Source: Albugo candida
Taxonomy: Eukaryota
NCBI GenBank assembly: GCA_040437565.1
Contig: JBDOQK010000068.1
Span: 1-64,000 of the forward strand
DNA length: 64,000 nucleotides
Direction: 5' to 3'
The position numbers and the translations under genes were made by a program. How positions within the stretch are numbered: the first letter of the stretch is position 1; each line of letters opens with the position of its first letter. The notes under the pieces are model-generated. The model was not told the origin of the DNA, did not search any database, and saw only the letters and a program-made list of their open reading frames with translations. Positions 61,447 to 64,000 of this stretch are shown piece by piece.

Positions 61447-63012
61447 ATGACAAATTCTTGGCATTTGAATGAGGGAATTACATGCCACACATGGAATAAG
61501 GATCGCTCTAAAGTCGCAATATGTCCTAATACAAGTGAAATTTGGATCTATAGCAATTGTCGCGAAGTAAATGTGGCGAAATGGCGGCGAGAAGCCATTC
61601 TCTCTGAAGTGATACGCTCCTTTCACTTTTCCTTATAATAATGTCCATAACTTTCGCATAATAGCACGATATGGTCGTAACAGGGCTTGATTGGTCCCCC
61701 GTCAACGATATGATTGTCTCATGCTCTCACGACCGAAGCGCATACGTGTGGCAATACGAGAAATCCACACGGAAGTGGAAGCCGCTTATGGTCGTGCTCC
61801 GTATCACACGCGCAGCGATCGATGTTAAATGGAGTCCAAATGGTACTTAACCGCTACAAGTTTGATCGATTCTGACCTTCATTCAGGGAAAAAGTTTGCG
61901 GTAAGCAGCAGTGCGAAATGTGTGGCAGTGTGTTATTATCAGCCGTCGGAGAACTGGTGGATCAGCAAACACATCAAAAAGCATAAATCCACGTACGTTA
62001 TCGTTATAAACCCTAATTTGTAGTTATGTTTATCGCGCTGTTACAGGGTTACCACTTTGGCATGGCATCCAAATTCTCAACTACTTGTCACTGGAAGCAC
62101 CGATCTCAAATGCCGTATATTCTCGGCACATATTGCTGAAGTTGATGAAATCTTGGATGTCGGCCCGTTCCCTTCAATTGGGCCTTTTGGAGAGATATTG
62201 GCCGAATTTGATCATGCAAATGCTTGGATCAATTCTGTTGTGTGGTCTCCAGCTGGTGATCGCGTGGCCTTTGCCGGACACGGGTCTTCAGTGCATTTCG
62301 TACATTTTGGAGTAGCTGGAGAACCTCCAACTATACAGGTATGTGATGATGTTCAAGAGCACACAATTACTGAATGATTGTCAATAGTCTATTCGTTTTC
62401 GTCATCTCCCACTGAATACGCTCCTCTTTTTATCCAACGACGTCTTGGTTGGCGGAGGCTCCGACTTTAATGTATTGCTATTCTCATCTGATACGAATGG
62501 ATTCTGGTATGTTGAAAATATTACCTGAAATGAAATCGAGTCACACTTTTTTCTCCAAGGTCATTGACCGATTTATTGGACAAAAAATCAAGCGATTCGG
62601 CACCAAAGAGTGAAAAGGGAGGCTTCAATGCAGGTATGCTTATGATGCTATGTATCGTCATGGAGATCTTATCTTTGGTATAGCTCGGAGTATGTGGGAG
62701 AGCAAAGTTGTTCGTGGCCAAAGTTCAGAAGCGACACAGCAGGACAAAGGAATGCTTTGGACGTGAGTATTTTAATTTCAACGATGGAGCGAGTATTGAA
62801 ATATATAAAATAGGAAACATGAGAGCGCGATCACCGATATCCGTCCGTATTCTTTGGAGAAGAAGAGCATTACTGAATTCTCGACCTCAGGTGCGCCACT
62901 CATTTGCTATTACTTTGTTTTGTTTTGATATTTGGTGATAGCGCTCGACGGAAAAATCGTCTTGTGGAAACTTGACGATCTGTCTATTAATATGTCGAAA
63001 TTGAATCTGTAG
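61447..63012 (+). CDS. ARPC1: Arp2/3 complex subunit 1 (ARPC1/p41, WD40), ~9 exons
   Basis: [91 protein letters not shown]; stop at 63010-63012. Confidence 0.93.
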
Positions 63013-63159
63013 CGTGTAATTCAGAGCAACAGAAATCGATGCGTTATAATACAGAAACTTTTTTGTGATCGTGGACTTTATTGCCAACCAAACTTGAACA
63101 TTTTGTCCGGTACAAGCTGTCAAAATGCTAGTCGTGAGACCTGTTATATCTATAATAGG

Positions 63160-64000
63160 CTACAATGGACAGTAGTTACTCAGTTTCTTTATGCAAGAAT
63201 TGATTTTTGAGCAAAGCCACGCTTTCTTTGCCAAATTACTCTTTCCGAAGGAGATACTTTTCAGGCTTGTTGTGGCCCCATCGCATACGCTTTGAGGTAT
63301 CACTATTGTTCCCATTAAGTTGTTGAATAAAGTTATCATTCGTGGGAAGAATGAATACCTTTGTTTTGACTGAATGATCAATGAGAAAAGTGATAGACAT
63401 GGTTGCATACCTTAGTTTCTATAAGTGCGTTTGTATTTGCTTAAGCTTCGATTTACATTGTATCAATGAAGCGTGTCTATGTCTCATTCTGTCCAGAGCA
63501 TATCTTGCAACAACTGGGCGATGATAAGCTCTGAAGTAGCGATTAATAGCAGCAATACACAGCACATAATATCAAGTACGGTAAGATATAGGGAGTCAGG
63601 GAGAATACTGCTGTATTTGATGAAGAAGGTAGACTATTTGTCTAGAAAGAATGCGGCAATCATCAATTGCTTTTTGTTGACCCTGATTGTCCAGATTGAT
63701 GGTTCTGAAGCAGCAATTGTTTTCGATATATTTTCCAGTTATAGTGGGTAGTTTGTCACTTGCACCTTTATTCGCATTAGTAAGAAAACGACCTTAATTT
63801 CTTACGATTTCCCAGTGGCGAGCTTTTCACCATAAAATAAGGGTACCTCCACTTAAATTGGTTGAACCGTTCACTTTATACTCGAGAATTATGCTTGAAG
63901 TGTAACTCATAAAAACATTCTCTTCTGTTTGATGATAGCTTCGAAGATCGGATTTTTCTTCGATGAAGATAATAAAGCATTGACTAGGTGCTCTTCAAAT
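63160..64000 (-). CDS. 3' part of a possible multi-exon hypothetical gene running off the window
   Basis: Several short open segments bounded by GT/AG on the minus strand, converging on ARPC1. No recognisable domain. Confidence 0.25.

Noticed and set aside
59890-62793. Apparent tandem duplication of ARPC1
   Set aside because: Copies appear identical, introns included, and flank a 100-N gap: unmerged contig overlap.

Overview
Left end of a eukaryotic chromosome, starting in (CCCTAAA)n telomeric repeat. The gene content (class-XXIX myosin, FYVE/FH2 formin, CxxxGC..CxxHGGG repeat protein), 45-65 nt GT-AG introns and very tight gene packing indicate an oomycete, most likely Albugo-like (inference). 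About 1-24 kb is a gene-poor subtelomere. It holds a decayed Mutator (MULE) element with recognisable ~100-bp TIRs, a Copia gag remnant, a tRNA-derived SINE-like head and a solo LTR with a 5-bp TSD. It also carries a diverged ~6.7-kb segmental duplication (4.1-10.85 kb vs 18.6-24.8 kb) containing a secreted-protein gene/pseudogene pair, decayed CxxC-rich (CCG/CHxC-like) effector-type sequences and the 3' end of the myosin. One copy carries a 356-bp near-perfect inverted repeat built from the effector-like relic. About 24-64 kb is a compact core region: myosin XXIX (about 20 CBS + PB1 + TM), STIMATE/TMEM110, eIF2A, an EGF-like surface protein, CCDC84/CENATAC, NAA10, an SDR, Misato, an atypical E2F with E2F sites in its own promoter, MCM8, a 68-aa spliced microprotein, a zinc-repeat protein, and an FH1-less FYVE formin head-to-head with ARPC1. 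Several 100-N gaps are flanked by exact duplicates that are assembly overlaps. Exon boundaries and identities were read by eye; no database searches were run.
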